A stretch of DNA of 64,000 bases from the NCBI GenBank assembly GCA_964016885.1, contig OZ024743.1:28954001-29018000 (forward strand), given 5' to 3'. Under the pieces are notes generated by a model. It was given only the letters and a program-made list of their open reading frames with translations. It did no database searches and was not told the DNA's origin. The translations under genes and the position numbers were made by a program. Origin of the DNA: Eledone cirrhosa. Its lineage: Eukaryota. Shown one piece after another: positions 40,610 to 52,812 of the stretch (its first letter is position 1; each line of letters begins with the position of its first letter).

Positions 40610-40900
40610 TAGGCCTCATGATAAGCTTTTCCATTTTGCCATGGTGTCTGCAACCCTCCCCACCAAACTGCTGTTCTTCATTTCTTTCTTCATAATTTTT
40701 ATGTCTCTCATTGTTTTCCCCCTTTCTCGACTTCCATCTACATCCATTTCTATCACTCCTCTCACACAGTCACTCCCACCCTTTCTCAACATATGACCCA
40801 ACAATCCCATTCCATTTCTCTTCATTGGCTCCTCTATTCCAACAACCATCTCCAATTCATTGTTTCTTTGCCTCTTGCTGTGCAATACTTCATTCATCCA
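40610..40900 (-). mobile_element. Very old RTE 3' fragment
   Basis: LLGHMLRK...MDVDGSRERGK motif. Confidence 0.55.
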
Positions 40901-40989
40901 AAGAAATATTTTCATTTCTGTTCTTTACAGTCAAACTCCAACACAACTCTAACTTAGAATATTTTTAAAGGCATTAAATTTTTCATGTT

Positions 40990-41091
40990 ACATCAATTTT
41001 TTTTATAAAGTAAATAACAAAGAACCCAGTATGATGGGAAAACAAAATAATAGTGGATAAACCCAGTTTAAATTTCTAGGTGATATACTAC
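40990..41091 (-). pseudogene. Exon-like block, pore-exit/S6-like (GSISPRNLNWVYPLLFCFPIILGSLLFTL*)
   Basis: Acceptor ttatttgtatgctag|; resembles GDIxPxN followed by the S6 helix; in-frame stop next to an A-run. Confidence 0.45.
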
Positions 41092-41167
41092 CTAGCATAC
41101 AAATAAGACACAAATATAAAAACATTTGAGTAATGTGTTTTCTTATTGTCATTATCATTATTATTTT

Positions 41168-41340
41168 TGGCAGCATAGAGTTATAGCCTTTATAATCTGA
41201 GTTCAAATCCTGCCGAGGTTAACTTTGCCTTTCATCCTTACGGGGTCAATAAAATAAAGTTCCAGTCACGCATTCGGGTCGATTTAATCGACTTTCCCTT
41301 CTCCAAAAATTGCTGGCCTTGTGCCTATATAAGAAACCAT
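41168..41340 (+). mobile_element. SINE family 2 variant
   Basis: gagttcaaatcctgccgaggttaactttgcctttcatcc. Confidence 0.8.
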
Positions 41341-44300
41341 TATTATTATTATTGTTCTTTGTGTCTCAGTCATTGATGTTATTTAACTTGAAAGTTTGTT
41401 GAAATGAATATCAAGCCACTACCTGCAGCCTCAGACATTCAGGACGTATCAGAGGGTTCTTGCTGTTCCTAGCAAGCATGCTTTTTGAAGTGTTCCAAAA
41501 TGCGGGGCTGGACTAATCTTCTTTAACCATCCTTGGAAACTCTTTGAGATAGTACTTAGTGCAAATATGACAATCGGGACGACCTTGATTTCATCGCAGT
41601 TCCAAATCCTTTTTAACTCCCACTTTAAGTCCTGGTATCGGTTAATTTTCTGTCAAATTGGCAGGCTACATCTACAATCAGGCACAATCTTTTTTCCTTG
41701 TCCAAATCCACCAGGTCAGGCCTATTGTGTTCTAATTTCTTGTCCGTCTGTATCCTAAAATCCCATAGCACCTTCACCTGATCGTTTTATATCACTGACT
41801 CTGGCTTATGCTCATACCACTTCTCAGAATGTGGCAAATTGTTTAATTTGTATAGATGCCAGTCGATCACCCTTCCTACCACATCATGTCTCCAGCCTTT
41901 GTAGTGAGTCTGGGCTAGGCGTTTACACTCGGATACAATGTAAGCCACAGTCTCCTCTCTCTCTCCACAGATCCTACACAATGAGCTAGCCTCCTCCTTG
42001 TCGATATGGTGTTTGACCCACTTCATACTGAGGGCTTGCTCTTGCACAGCCATTAGCATTCCTTCTGTAGCTTTTTTAAGGTCTCCTCTTTTTAACCAGT
42101 TCGATGTCTGTGGATCTCTTAATTCCGTTTTCTTAAAGAAGGTGCTATGAAAGGATTTTTCATGAAGGCTGCTCTTCCTCCTTGGACATCCCCTGGTCTA
42201 TTGTCTTCTCCTTCAGTACAATTTTGAGCATTGGCTCCCTACTGTCAGCCACATATTTGTGCAGGCTGTTTTTCTCCATCTGAACACAGTCTTCTATGCT
42301 GATAAGACCTCTTCCACCTTCAGATCTCTTTAAGTAGAGTCTATCAGCATCACTCCTCTTGTGGAACATGGTGTAGATAGTCATTAGCTTCTTAGTCTTC
42401 ATATCCATTTCTTTTTTTGTTCAGTAATATTCCATTTCAGAATTCCCGCACTGTACCTAATAATAGACACAGCTCCGGAATTTACTGCACTTATGACATT
42501 CCTACTATTTAGATGTGAATTTAGTATGTTCCTTACTCTCCTTATGTATTCAGATCTTACCAATTCCTTCATTTTTTTGTTCTTGATGTCATCTGCCTCC
42601 AGAACACCTAAATATTTGTATCCCTCTTCAATGTCAATTTCCTTTATCATCTCACCTATTGGTACCTGTATTCTGTTGTTTCTGTTCAATTTACCCCTCT
42701 TCAACACTAGGACTCCACACTTAACACCAAATTGCATACATATATCATTGCTGAAAATACGGACAGTGTTATCAAGTACATCCAACTCCTTCTCACTCTT
42801 CCTAAAGAGTTTAAGATCGTCCACGAAGCTCTCCTCTTCCCAACTTGTATCCTGCTCTCACTTTTCGCAACATGATGGACAGGGGTATCAGGGCAAGGAC
42901 AAACAACAAAGCGGACAAACTATCTCCCTGGAAGATACCTCTCTTGATCTTCACGCCTCCCAAGGATTCTCCACCTGATGTTAACTGTTTCCCAGGACTT
43001 CATACTTTTGCTTAAGAGCTGTCTGATGTTATCTGCCACCTTGAAGATCTCTAGGCTTTTGGTTATCCAAGAATGAAGTACCATGTCGAATGCCTTTTTG
43101 TAATCTATCCATCCCATGGCAAGACCAGTGTGCCTCCTCTTGCAATTCCTCATTACCATCTTATCAATAACTGGTCTTTTGTACCACGGGACTTCTTTCG
43201 GCATCCTTTCTGTTCGTCCGGTAAAAAGTTGTTTATGTGGAGGTGATAGTATATTTCCTCAAACACAATGCTTGTTAACAGTTTCCACATTACGGACAAA
43301 CATGTGATAGGCCTATAGTTGATAACATCATTACCCTTGATTCGGTCTTTCATTACCAGAACTGTGGTATCTTTTGTCAACCATTCAGGTACTACACTCG
43401 ATATCAAGCAGTCATTGAATATGGTAGTCAGTTTTGGGTGGAGGGATGTTATATTTTTAATCTAATACCCTTGTACACCATCTGGGCCTGGTGATTTCCA
43501 GTTGGTTAGTTTTTTGGCCTGCCCTTTAAGAGTTTCAACTGTGATACTCAAATCAGGTTGTTGGTGTGCTTGTTCACTAATCTCCTTTTGAACTGTCTCA
43601 ATCCATACTGCCTGACTATTATGTTCAACATCCTGCTCCCATATACTCTCCAGAATGTCTTAGTCTGTTCCACCTCAGGGATCAAGTCGTTGCCTCTTTC
43701 TTTCCCTTCAAGCTGTTCAAACATCTTCTGGTTGTTGTCAAACATGAGGTTCTGTCTATACTGACTGACTCTGTTCTCATACTGCCTAATCTTTGCACTT
43801 TTTGCTACAATGCGTTGCTTCAGTTCCTCTATAATAACATTTAGCTCTTTTCCCCTAGTTTCGTATTTTATTTTCAATCTATCTTTTTTAATGTCCCATT
43901 CAGTAAAAACTCAAGCTTTCCAATGTTTTTTCTCATTTCCTTGATTTCACCATTCAGTCGTCTCTTCCACCAAGGTTCTGATTTTTCTTGTTTGTTGTTT
44001 CCTCTCGTTTTTATACCAAGTAATTTCTTCACCACATTTGGAGTTGCTTTGAGGATATTGTTGCATTGGTGAAGCTTCCTCGCCTCAAGGTATGGGATGA
44101 CCTTATTTACCTTAGCTGTTATTCCTTTTAACTTTTTCCTGTCTACAAATCTTAGGTTCATAGGTTTTCCACTATCATTGTTCATTTCATCTACCACTAA
44201 GTTCAGGATATCAACCAAATCTTGCCCTAGCCCGTCACCATTCATTTCCTCATTGGCCGTATCTTTGTTCCAGATGTTATTTATTTCAGCATTCAGATCA

Positions 44301-44850
44301 TTGTCTGCTTCGGATGCTTCCTTAGGTCTCTCAACTTCTTCACCTTCATTTCCCACTGGTTCATTTGCCTGATATACTCCACTCTCCATTTCCAACTTAA
44401 TCTCTCTGCTCAGTTCCTCCAGTTCCAACTCACTTATCCATCTATTAGTTCTTATTACACGAGCCTGTCCGGCCAATTTTTGTTCACCTAATTTAAATAG
44501 ACCAATCTCATTGCAGATGTTATGCATCCGTTTCCTATAGCTTTTTTCCATGAGTTAACTCTTCAGGTAACATTTCATGACAGTTCTATTCAATTCTTTC
44601 GTCCAGTTGGTTCTTGTCCCATTCCTTCTTCTTCCTCCAACACCAGTAGTATTTAGATGACAGCCAGGTCCCTGCTGCTGGGTCAGGGAGCACTTGCTGG
44701 GTGAGAGTCTTTCACATGACGTTCCAGTTTCCTTTTCACTGTTATTCGAACTGTTTAGGTTCCACATTTAAACACTCATATCGAGGATTGGTGAATTTAT
44801 GGTTACATCACCGCCGGTGATTTTAGTGTGGCACCATCACGTTGTAGACG
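41340..44850 (-). mobile_element. Near full-length R4/Dong-like RLE non-LTR retrotransposon, disabled
   Basis: WTKELNRTVMKCY, PWWKRRL, NYRPITCL, EQKGC, WIDYKKAFD, DDLKLF, YKYLG, GGRGL, CRICGEREET..IVSEC..RHD zinc knuckle; (TAA)n at the 3' end. Confidence 0.9.
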
Positions 44851-45165
44851 AAAGTAAATAAATAAATAAATGAACAAAAACATAAAAAAATAAAATAAGT
44901 TTCATTGTAATGTTTGAATGTCTGACTTAGTTTTTTTCCTTTTTTGTTTTTCAAGGCCAGTACCATCGGTTACTAGTGTTGTTGTTACTGCTGCTGCTGT
45001 TTTTGATTTTAGCTACGCTAAACTCGTAGTCATAGCAACGAGGGAGATATGGGGGTTGCGTTCAAGACTTTTGAAATTTGTTCTTCTTTTGATGTTGTGT
45101 TTGTTTTTGTCTGTTCTGTTCTGTAATTTTTCGACTTGTTACTTATCATTATTATGCAAGGTTAA

Positions 45166-45465
45166 GGGGCGGTGGATTGGCAGTATCGGTAGAGGGTCGG
45201 ACGCCATGCTTTCCAGCATAGTTACGTCCCTTTACGATCTGAGTTCAAATCCCGCCGAGGTTGACTTTGCCTTTCATCCTTACGGGGTCGATAAAATAAA
45301 GTACCAGTAATGCAATGGGTGATTGCTGGCCTTGTGCCTAAAGTAGAAACAATTATTATGCAAGGTTAACTTTGCCTTTCATCCTTACGGGGTCAATAAA
45401 ATATAGTATCAGTAATAAACTGGAATAATTGCTGGCCTTGTGCCAAAAGTAGAAACAATTATTAT
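45166..45465 (+). mobile_element. SINE family 2 copy plus tandem partial copy
   Basis: ggcggtggattggcagtatcggtagaggg...gagttcaaatccc...; tail repeated from ~45362. Confidence 0.85.
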
Positions 45466-46049
45466 TCAAGTTGACATTGTTTAAACTAAACATTTTGAGA
45501 AAGCTTAGAGATATTATTATTATTATTATTATTATTAAACAATGTTGATTATAGTTAAGGGATTAATGCTAAAACTAGTGCTCCTTTGGAATTAATTATT
45601 CTATGAATTATTCATGAATATTTTATTGTAAAAAAATAAGTTTAGAGATAGGAAATATGAGTGAAGAAGATAGCTTTAGAAAGAAAAAAAAAAAGAAAAT
45701 TGTAAAATAGGGTTTGAAATGAAAATAATTGATCCCCTGAGGACACTTGCTTTTACACATTTTTAATCAGAATAAATATTATGTAATGGCTACATAGATA
45801 TTGGTTATTAAATGACTATAGAGGAGATGACTGAACATTTTTTATGTGAATTTCTTTTTAACTTTGATTTGTATTTTATGAAACAATACTTATAGATATT
45901 TTACTTAGAGCAATGGAATGAATACACACAGATGTGTGCTTGTGCATGTGAGTGTGAGAATGTGTACACATTCATTTTTCACATTCATTTTTCTAGATTA
46001 TGTTTGAAAATTTTAGAAATTTGCATAATATGAATTATTGGAATTCTTC

Positions 46050-46234
46050 TTGGCACATCAGTTTATAGTTTTCTTTAGAACCATGGTGCCATTCCTATTA
46101 CTGATCATTGAGCCGTTAACTTGGAATGGTATCTGTGTTTAACCAGGAACAATGAGACAATCCACATAATGTGCCAAGCTTAACAGCATAACAATGTTTC
46201 TAGCAGTTTTTAAGTCATAATTAAGGAGATCCAA
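46050..46234 (-). pseudogene. Decayed exon, S5-like (LDLLNYDLKTARNIVMLLSLAHYVDCL..*)
   Basis: Acceptor ttgatag|; HxxxC motif of CNG S5; stop follows. Confidence 0.4.
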
Positions 46235-46307
46235 CTATCAACACATTTACACACTCTCTCTCTTTCTTTCTCCCTCCCTCCCTCTATCTATCTATCTTTT
46301 ACTATCC

Positions 46308-46479
46308 ATGGAGGCACATGGCTTAGTGGTTAGAGCATTGAACTCATTGAACTCACAATCGAAAGGTTGTGAGTTCAATTCTCAGACTGGGTGATGTGGT
46401 TTCCTTGAGCAAGACACTTTATTTCACATTGCTCCAGTTTACTCAGCTGTAGAAATGAGACGATAGGGACTGGGGTCCA
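46308..46479 (+). mobile_element. SINE family 1 copy
   Basis: A/B boxes plus tccttgagcaagacactt. Confidence 0.8.
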
Positions 46480-46481
46480 TA

Positions 46482-46645
46482 TCATTCCACTGCAAAAGAT
46501 CCAGAGGCAGTAGCAGATGTTCTACCATGCAGCATCGTGCACCTCACACAGGCATTATATAACCGGACTTTTGCATGCAGGGAGAAACCCGTCTTTGTCA
46601 GCAGAGGAAGCAGCTCCCTTAACTTCTTCCAACCCATCCTTATTT
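46482..46645 (-). mobile_element. RTE internal fragment
   Basis: IRMGWKKLRELLPLLTK..RLYNACVR..MLHG. Confidence 0.8.
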
Positions 46646-47223
46646 TCAATATATATATATGCACACTTCCTAATTGCCCCATCAACAACACAGAAGTGTG
46701 CATGAGAACATATATGGTCTATAACAAAGGTTCTCAACGGGGAGGCATATGCACCCCCAGGGGGCCTTTCGGAACTCCAGGGGGGGGGGGGGGCGTTTGG
46801 GAGTAAGGTCGCGTTAGGGGGGCGTTTGGAGCTTGAGGGGGGGGGGGGGTAGGGGGCGCTGGAAGACTCTTTAGTTTGGTAAGTTTTATAAGCCATATTT
46901 GTATGTCTTTGAGACACCCAGTGTGAATGCCTTTGAATGAACTTGCAGACTGCATAACTATAGTCTGGCTGCAGCTGTGAGCAGGCGTGTCTAGACATTA
47001 ACCGGTAATTGAGATCCTAAAAATGAAAAAACCCATAGTCATTTGGGTCAAAGGACACTTTGAGTGCAGCCAGTTAGAATCTTATCTTTCCTTCACCGAT
47101 AACAATGCATTTCAAGTCTGAAATTATTGACTCAACCGTAACGAGTTAACACTATGTAGATCTACTTTATTCCCTATTGTATAAATAATATTACAAATAA
47201 AAAAAGAAAGAAAACACAGAAGC

Positions 47224-47577
47224 GGGTAGCACACATATCTAGGACCACATACAACACATAAGCAGGTAATACATACATCTAGGACCACATACAACACATA
47301 AGCAGGTAATACAAACATCTAGGACCACATAACACATAATCAGGTAATACAAACATCTAGGACTACATACAACACAATCAGGTAATACATACATCTAGGA
47401 CCACATACAGCACATAAGGATGTAATACACACATCTAGGACCACATACAACACACAAGCAGGTAATACATACAGCTGGGACCACATGCAATACATAAGCA
47501 GGTAATACATACATCTAGGACTACATACAACACACAGGCAGGTAATACATACATCTAGGACCACATACAACACACAT
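47224..47577. repeat. 40-bp minisatellite, ~9 copies
   Basis: Unit aggaccacatacaacacataagcaggtaatacatacatct. Confidence 0.95.
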
Positions 47578-47578
47578 T

Positions 47579-48616
47579 GTTTCATGTGCTACGGACGATG
47601 CAGGAGCAATGGTCGGCCTACATAAGGGCTTCGTCACTCTTCTGAAGAGAGAAAATCTATCTGTATTTGCTGTTCATTGTGTCATTCATCGACAACACTT
47701 GGCTGCGAAGAAATTCAGCAAGCCTCTGAGCAAGTCCTTGCAGGTGGCCATTGATGTCATCAATTTTATCAAACGCCATTCCCTCAATGAACGAATTTTC
47801 CAGCAACCATGCCAAGATAATGACGAAGAATTCATCAAGTTGCTCCTTCATACTGAAGTGAGGTGGCTTTCAATGGGCAAGTGCCTTACTCACTTCTTTG
47901 AACTGTTTGACTATCATTGAGTTTCTGAGAGGATGCAACACAGAACTGTACAAGAAAACCCTCGACTGCGCCTACCTCACCAACATCTTCGACAAATGCA
48001 ATAGCGTCATTTTGGCTTTGCAGGGGAAAAAGATCACCTTGTTTAAAGCAAGGAATGCTGTGAAAACATTCGTGGCCAAATTGAATGTCATCGAAAGGAA
48101 TCTTTGTTGATGGGAATTCTATAATTTTCCTAGTGTCGCCAATGTTCAAAACATTGTAAGCGATGACCAACTCCAAATTTATACCACTCATCTCCGTGCG
48201 CTGCAAGACAACATGAGATAACGGTTTGTCAACCTTTTGCCGATGGACATCCCAATGTGGATAGCAGATGCTTTCATAGCTAACGTCGACGATTTGGACG
48301 TTAAATTTCAGGAAGAATTCATTGAACTTCAAGCAGATGACATGATCAAAATTAGATTTCCCAAAATAGGTGAACCCCTTTTTGGGATGCAAGAGGAAAT
48401 TCAGCGTTGATTTCCACACCTACATGCAGAGGCTAAGAGCCTTTTCCAAGCTCATACTTAGCCGAGAGGAGGTTTGATGTTGTTTCCAGACTACACAGTA
48501 AGGCTCGCAACCGCTACAATGTAATTACACGTGGAGATCTCTGGCTACATATTAGGAAAATTCAGCCTCACGTCAAAGCGTTAGCTAGACTCCATGAAGC
48601 TCAAGGGTCCAATTGA
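47579..48616 (+). pseudogene. hAT Buster/Charlie transposase C-terminal half, frameshifted
   Basis: ATDDAGAMVG, HCVIHRQHL (CxxH), LLHTEVRWLS, AYLTNIF, LQGK. Confidence 0.9.
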
Positions 48617-49613
48617 AATGAGTCAAAGTTAAAGTAAGTTGATTTATACGAAAACTTGGATATGCTATTGTTACAAAGCAAACTAACAATTTTTATTTGT
48701 AGTTGCAGTCTGACTGGACTGGAAACCATCTACTACAATTCAATTACTCATTTGTTGTATATATTTTACCATTTATTAATAAATATACCCTCCCGCGTGG
48801 TCATGAAAACCCTCTTCCGTGGTCTCTAAGCTCACAAAGCAGGGGGACATCAAGTTTGATATCAACATTTATTCTGTCCGTTTCATTAAAGGGAAAATTG
48901 GAAAGCTTTGAAATGATATAATTGCCACTTTCTTCCAGATAAGGGCACTCTTGGCATAGACAGAGTTTCTCTTGTATAAATGTTCAAAATAGCTGGTATC
49001 GCCTGGTGGGAATATAACAAATTCAACTGGTCCTTATTCATAAAAAAGAACATTTATGTTCCTTTTTTTGAAATTTATTTATTTCCTTTCAAGGAATGTA
49101 TTTATACTCTCAGCTGCCTGAATATTGTTAATCAATATTTTAGTAATCTACTGATATCAAAATCAGTAGTATATTGAAAAATGGAAAAATAAGGTGATTT
49201 CAAGGGACAAAAGGGGGTGTTTGGCCTAAATGGGTTGAGAACCTGTGGTCTATAAGATCACATGCAAAAAATGTAGCTCCTCATACATCAGAAGTACCAT
49301 AAGGAGGCTACATATACGGCGCAAGAAGCATGTGACAATGAGAGCCTCTTGCATTAAAAAACATCATGACAGATGCCACAACCAAGACATTGAGGTCACC
49401 ATTGCGGCGACTGAAAAGAATATAAGCAATTTAAGGATTAAAAAGGCCATTTTCATCAGCCAAATAAAACCAGGGATAAATAATAGGTCAGAAATGTTCA
49501 AGGCAAAATGGTTACTGTAGCAACCTAGTGCATGCATTTTTCAGACACATAGACCAGTTAGGGAAGAAAACTTCAAACATTCATTTTGTTTTGTCTTGGA
49601 GTGTTTCCACTTC

Positions 49614-49651
49614 ACATTTGAAAAGAAGGTAATAGCCCTGAAATATCATGT
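49614..49651 (+). ncRNA. Degenerate minimal hammerhead in the Penelope pLTR
   Basis: ACAU-uUGAaaAGA-AGG-UAAUAG-CCCU-GAAAUAUC-AUGU, ~95 nt after the endonuclease stop; core mutated. Confidence 0.45.
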
Positions 49652-49957
49652 TAAAATACACTGGGTAAAACATTACTTTGTTTTATTTTGTTTCATTTGA
49701 CATCATTTGTCCTTTGTAATTTTATACCACATTGTACTGGCTTTTAAAAAATTATCAGTCTTATATATATATATATCATCATCATCATCATCGTTTAACG
49801 TCTATCTTCCACGCTAGCATGGGTTTAGACGGGTCCATATATATATATATATACACACACGTACATATATAATTTTATTAAAAAGCACCTCTTACAGAAT
49901 CAAGAGGTCATCAGAGAAAGAAACAGAACTAGTCCTGTAAGAGTCATTTGCATTAAA

Positions 49958-50130
49958 ATAATTGTTTCTACTTTTGGCACAAGGCCAGCAATTATCCCAG
50001 TGTATTACTGGTACTTTATTTTATCGACCCTGTAAGGATGAAAGGCAAAATTAACCTCGGCAGGATTTGAACTTAGACCATAAAGGGACGTAACTCTATG
50101 CTGCAAAGCATGGCGTCCGACCCTCTACCG
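49958..50130 (-). mobile_element. SINE family 2 copy
   Basis: Reverse complement of the family 2 consensus. Confidence 0.85.
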
Positions 50131-50162
50131 TGTTCTTGCATTAAAATAATACCACCTCTTGA

Positions 50163-50170
50163 TCATCATT

Positions 50171-50201
<31 letters not shown>

Positions 50202-51881
50202 CCGTTTTACGTCCGTTCTTCCATGCTAGCATGGGTTAGACGGGTTGTCCTGTTGTGGGCAGTGTCTGGTCGGCTGACCATGCCTTGCTCATACAGGAAC
50301 TGATCTGGCTTGATTTCTACAGCTGGATGCCCTTCCTAACACCAACCTCATTTACAGTGAGTGCTGGGTGCTTTTTCGTGGCGCCTACACGTCCACTTTA
50401 CAGTGTGGGCTGGGTGCTTTTTTGCCGTGGCACCTCCACAACCACCTTGCGGTGGAGGGGGGGCATATTATTTATATGCTTCAGCATGTACCCATGGGAG
50501 GTCGGGTACCCTGTATTACTGCGTGACGCCAGAAGTCACGGTCGTGTGTCATTGACTTTGAGAGGTGTAGTTGGGTAAGGTCGGCTTTTATCACCTCATC
50601 CCAAGTCATCTTGGGTCTCCCCACTCCGCGGTTTCCATCAACTTCTAGTGCTCTGCACCTTTTTATGCAGCTGTCATCCTTCATACGCATCACATGTCCA
50701 TACCAGCGTAACCGCCTCTCCTGCACGCAGCATTTGATTCCTCTTATGCTCAGTCTCTCTCTCAATTCCTTTATGCTTTGTCGTTCACGTATATTACTTG
50801 TACACATCCATCGGAGCATGCAGGCTTCGTTTCTCTCTAATCTACGTAAGTCTTCCACCTTCAGCGCCCAGGTCTCACTACCATGCAACATCGCTGTTCG
50901 GATACACGCATCATACAGTCTGCCTTTCATTCTGAGGGAGAAGCCTTTTGCAGCTAGCAGTGGTAGTAGTTCCCTAAACTTCTTCCATCCCGTTCTTACC
51001 CTAGTTATTGTACTTTCTGAGCACCCACCTCCGTTGCTAATTCGGTCACCTAGGTAGCAGAAGCTGTCTACTGTTTCTACAGGGCCCTCCCAGAGATTGG
51101 TGGTACTTGTTTCCTGTGGCTGTTTGCTTGCTGTTTCAGCACAGCTGCTGCATGTGAATCCTACATTCTTAATTAAGCTTCCTGAGATCCCGCTACATCT
51201 CTTGTGTACCCATTGTTTGCATTTGGGGCAGAGAATGGAGTTCCTACCTACACCTTTCCTACATACTGAGCAAGGCCATTTCCCTGAGGGGATCTGGGTT
51301 CTGTTTTCTCGTCTACTTATAAGGACCTTAGTCTTTGTCATGTTGACTTTGAGGCCCTTTCTCTCTAGTCCCTGCTTCCATGTTTGGAATTTATTCTCTA
51401 GTTCTACCATAGATTCAGCTATGAGTGCGAGGTCATCAGCATACAGGAGTTCCCATGGGCATTCGGTCTTAAACTCCTCCGTTATTGCCTGCAGGACTAT
51501 GATGAACAGGAGAGGGCTAAGAACAGAGCCCTGGTGGACCCCAACCTGTACGCTAAATTCCTCGCTATACTCATTGCCAATCCTAACTTTGCTGACTGCT
51601 CCCCTATACATGGCTTGCACCGCTTTCACAAGCCATTCATCTACTCCTAGTTTTCTAAGAGCCCACCAGATTACTGCACGTGGAACTCTGTCAAAGGCTT
51701 TCTCAAGGTCGACAAATGCCAAGTAGAGTGGCTTACTTTTAGCTAGGTACTTTTCCTGTAATTGCCTCACAAGGAAGAGGGCATCAGTGGTGCCTTTCCC
51801 TGGTACAAACCCAAATTGCATCTCGTCTATATTCACCCGGTCCCTAATCAGCTGTGCTATAACTCTTTCTGTTACTTTCAT
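50163..51881 (-). mobile_element. 5'-truncated RTE LINE family B with open RT ORF (50481-51881) and ~300-bp structured 3' extension
   Basis: 466-aa ORF with QFGF, FVDLEKAFDRV, QGSVLSPLLF, YADD, zinc finger, RRLRWYGH; (CAT)n tail. Confidence 0.95.
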
Positions 51882-52029
51882 CTTTTAAAATCAAAAATCT
51901 AAAATTAAAGTTTCAAAATACACTGAAAATGTTAGGTTTCATAGTAAGATATGTATCATAATATACATATGTTAAAATCTGAACACCAACAGTGTCACTA
52001 TCAGCTGTTTTGGGGCTTTCCAAAAGCAA

Positions 52030-52156
52030 TGAAGTGATAGCAATTAGAGTGTGGGACTCATGATCATAAGGTTGTGGGTTTGGTTCACGGAATGGGTTGT
52101 GTGTTGTGTTCTTGTGCAAGACACTTCATTTCATGTTGCTCTAGTTTACTCAACTG
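52030..52156 (+). mobile_element. Degenerate SINE family 1
   Basis: gtgttcttgtgcaagacacttcatttca core. Confidence 0.55.
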
Positions 52157-52564
52157 AAAGAAAAAACAATTATCAGAAGCAACAGCTGGAGTTTAACCCT
52201 GTAACAGACTGAAGTAATAATCTTTTGGCAGTGGATTCTTTACAGACCCAACTTACTAATAGTTTTCTTGGACATTGTTGTTTTACTTTTTGTATCTGTA
52301 TAACATTACAATCTTTTAAAAGAGGAAACCTATTAATGTCTCAATATGCTCATATAGCTAGAATTTCTCATTATTAGACAAAATTAGCAACTGAAAGATT
52401 ATAATGGCCTGATCACTGCATGGTCAATCTTAATCCCAAAAGATGAATTATTCATTGATAGCATGGAAATGCATAAAAGGAATCTGAGAGATTCAATCTA
52501 CTTTAATTTCTTGAATTCTTCCTTTTACAGCTAACCTAACCAGAAGTTATATAAATGTATATAG

Positions 52565-52812
52565 CAGTGGTCATGTGGGTGTCATTACAAAAAGCACCCA
52601 GTCCACACTGTAAAGTGGTCATGTAGGAGTCATGACAAAAAGCACCCAGCACACACTGTAAATGTGGTTGGTGATAGGAAGGGCATCTAGCTTTAGAAAT
52701 CTAGCCAGAAAGTCCCATATAAGCAAGACACGGTCATCTGACCCAACTTGACTCTATTGGGACAACCTGTCTAACCAATGCTAGCGTGGAAAATGGATGT
52801 TAAATGATGATT
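52565..52812 (+). mobile_element. Stand-alone RTE-associated 3' module
   Basis: gtcatg..catgacaaaaagcaccca units; ggttggtgataggaagggcatc; terminal tgctagcgtggaaaatggatgttaa. Confidence 0.8.

Larger units (their letters stand above)
46725..49247 (+). mobile_element. hAT (Charlie/Buster) DNA transposon, internally deleted
   Basis: TIRs CAAAGGTTCTCAAC (46725-46738) / GTTGAGAACCTGTG (49234-49247); 8-bp TSD GTCTATAA (46717-46724, 49248-49255). Confidence 0.95.
46660..49762 (+). mobile_element. Penelope-like element 3' part (GIY-YIG endonuclease + pLTR), interrupted by hAT, flanked by (TA)n
   Basis: Removing 46725-49255 restores CTLPNCPINNTEVCMRTYMVYKITCKKCSSSYIRSTIRRLHIRRKKH...LRIKKAIFI..KPGIN (VY..C..C...YI(G) GIY-YIG pattern). 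Confidence 0.85.

Noticed and set aside
46308-46395. tRNA gene
   Set aside because: A/B boxes are present but there is no full cloverleaf and it continues into a SINE body.
50611-51726. Long antisense ORFs over RTE copies (also 58436-59119, 12214-12753)
   Set aside because: Shadow frames of the RT coding strand; no independent coding signal.
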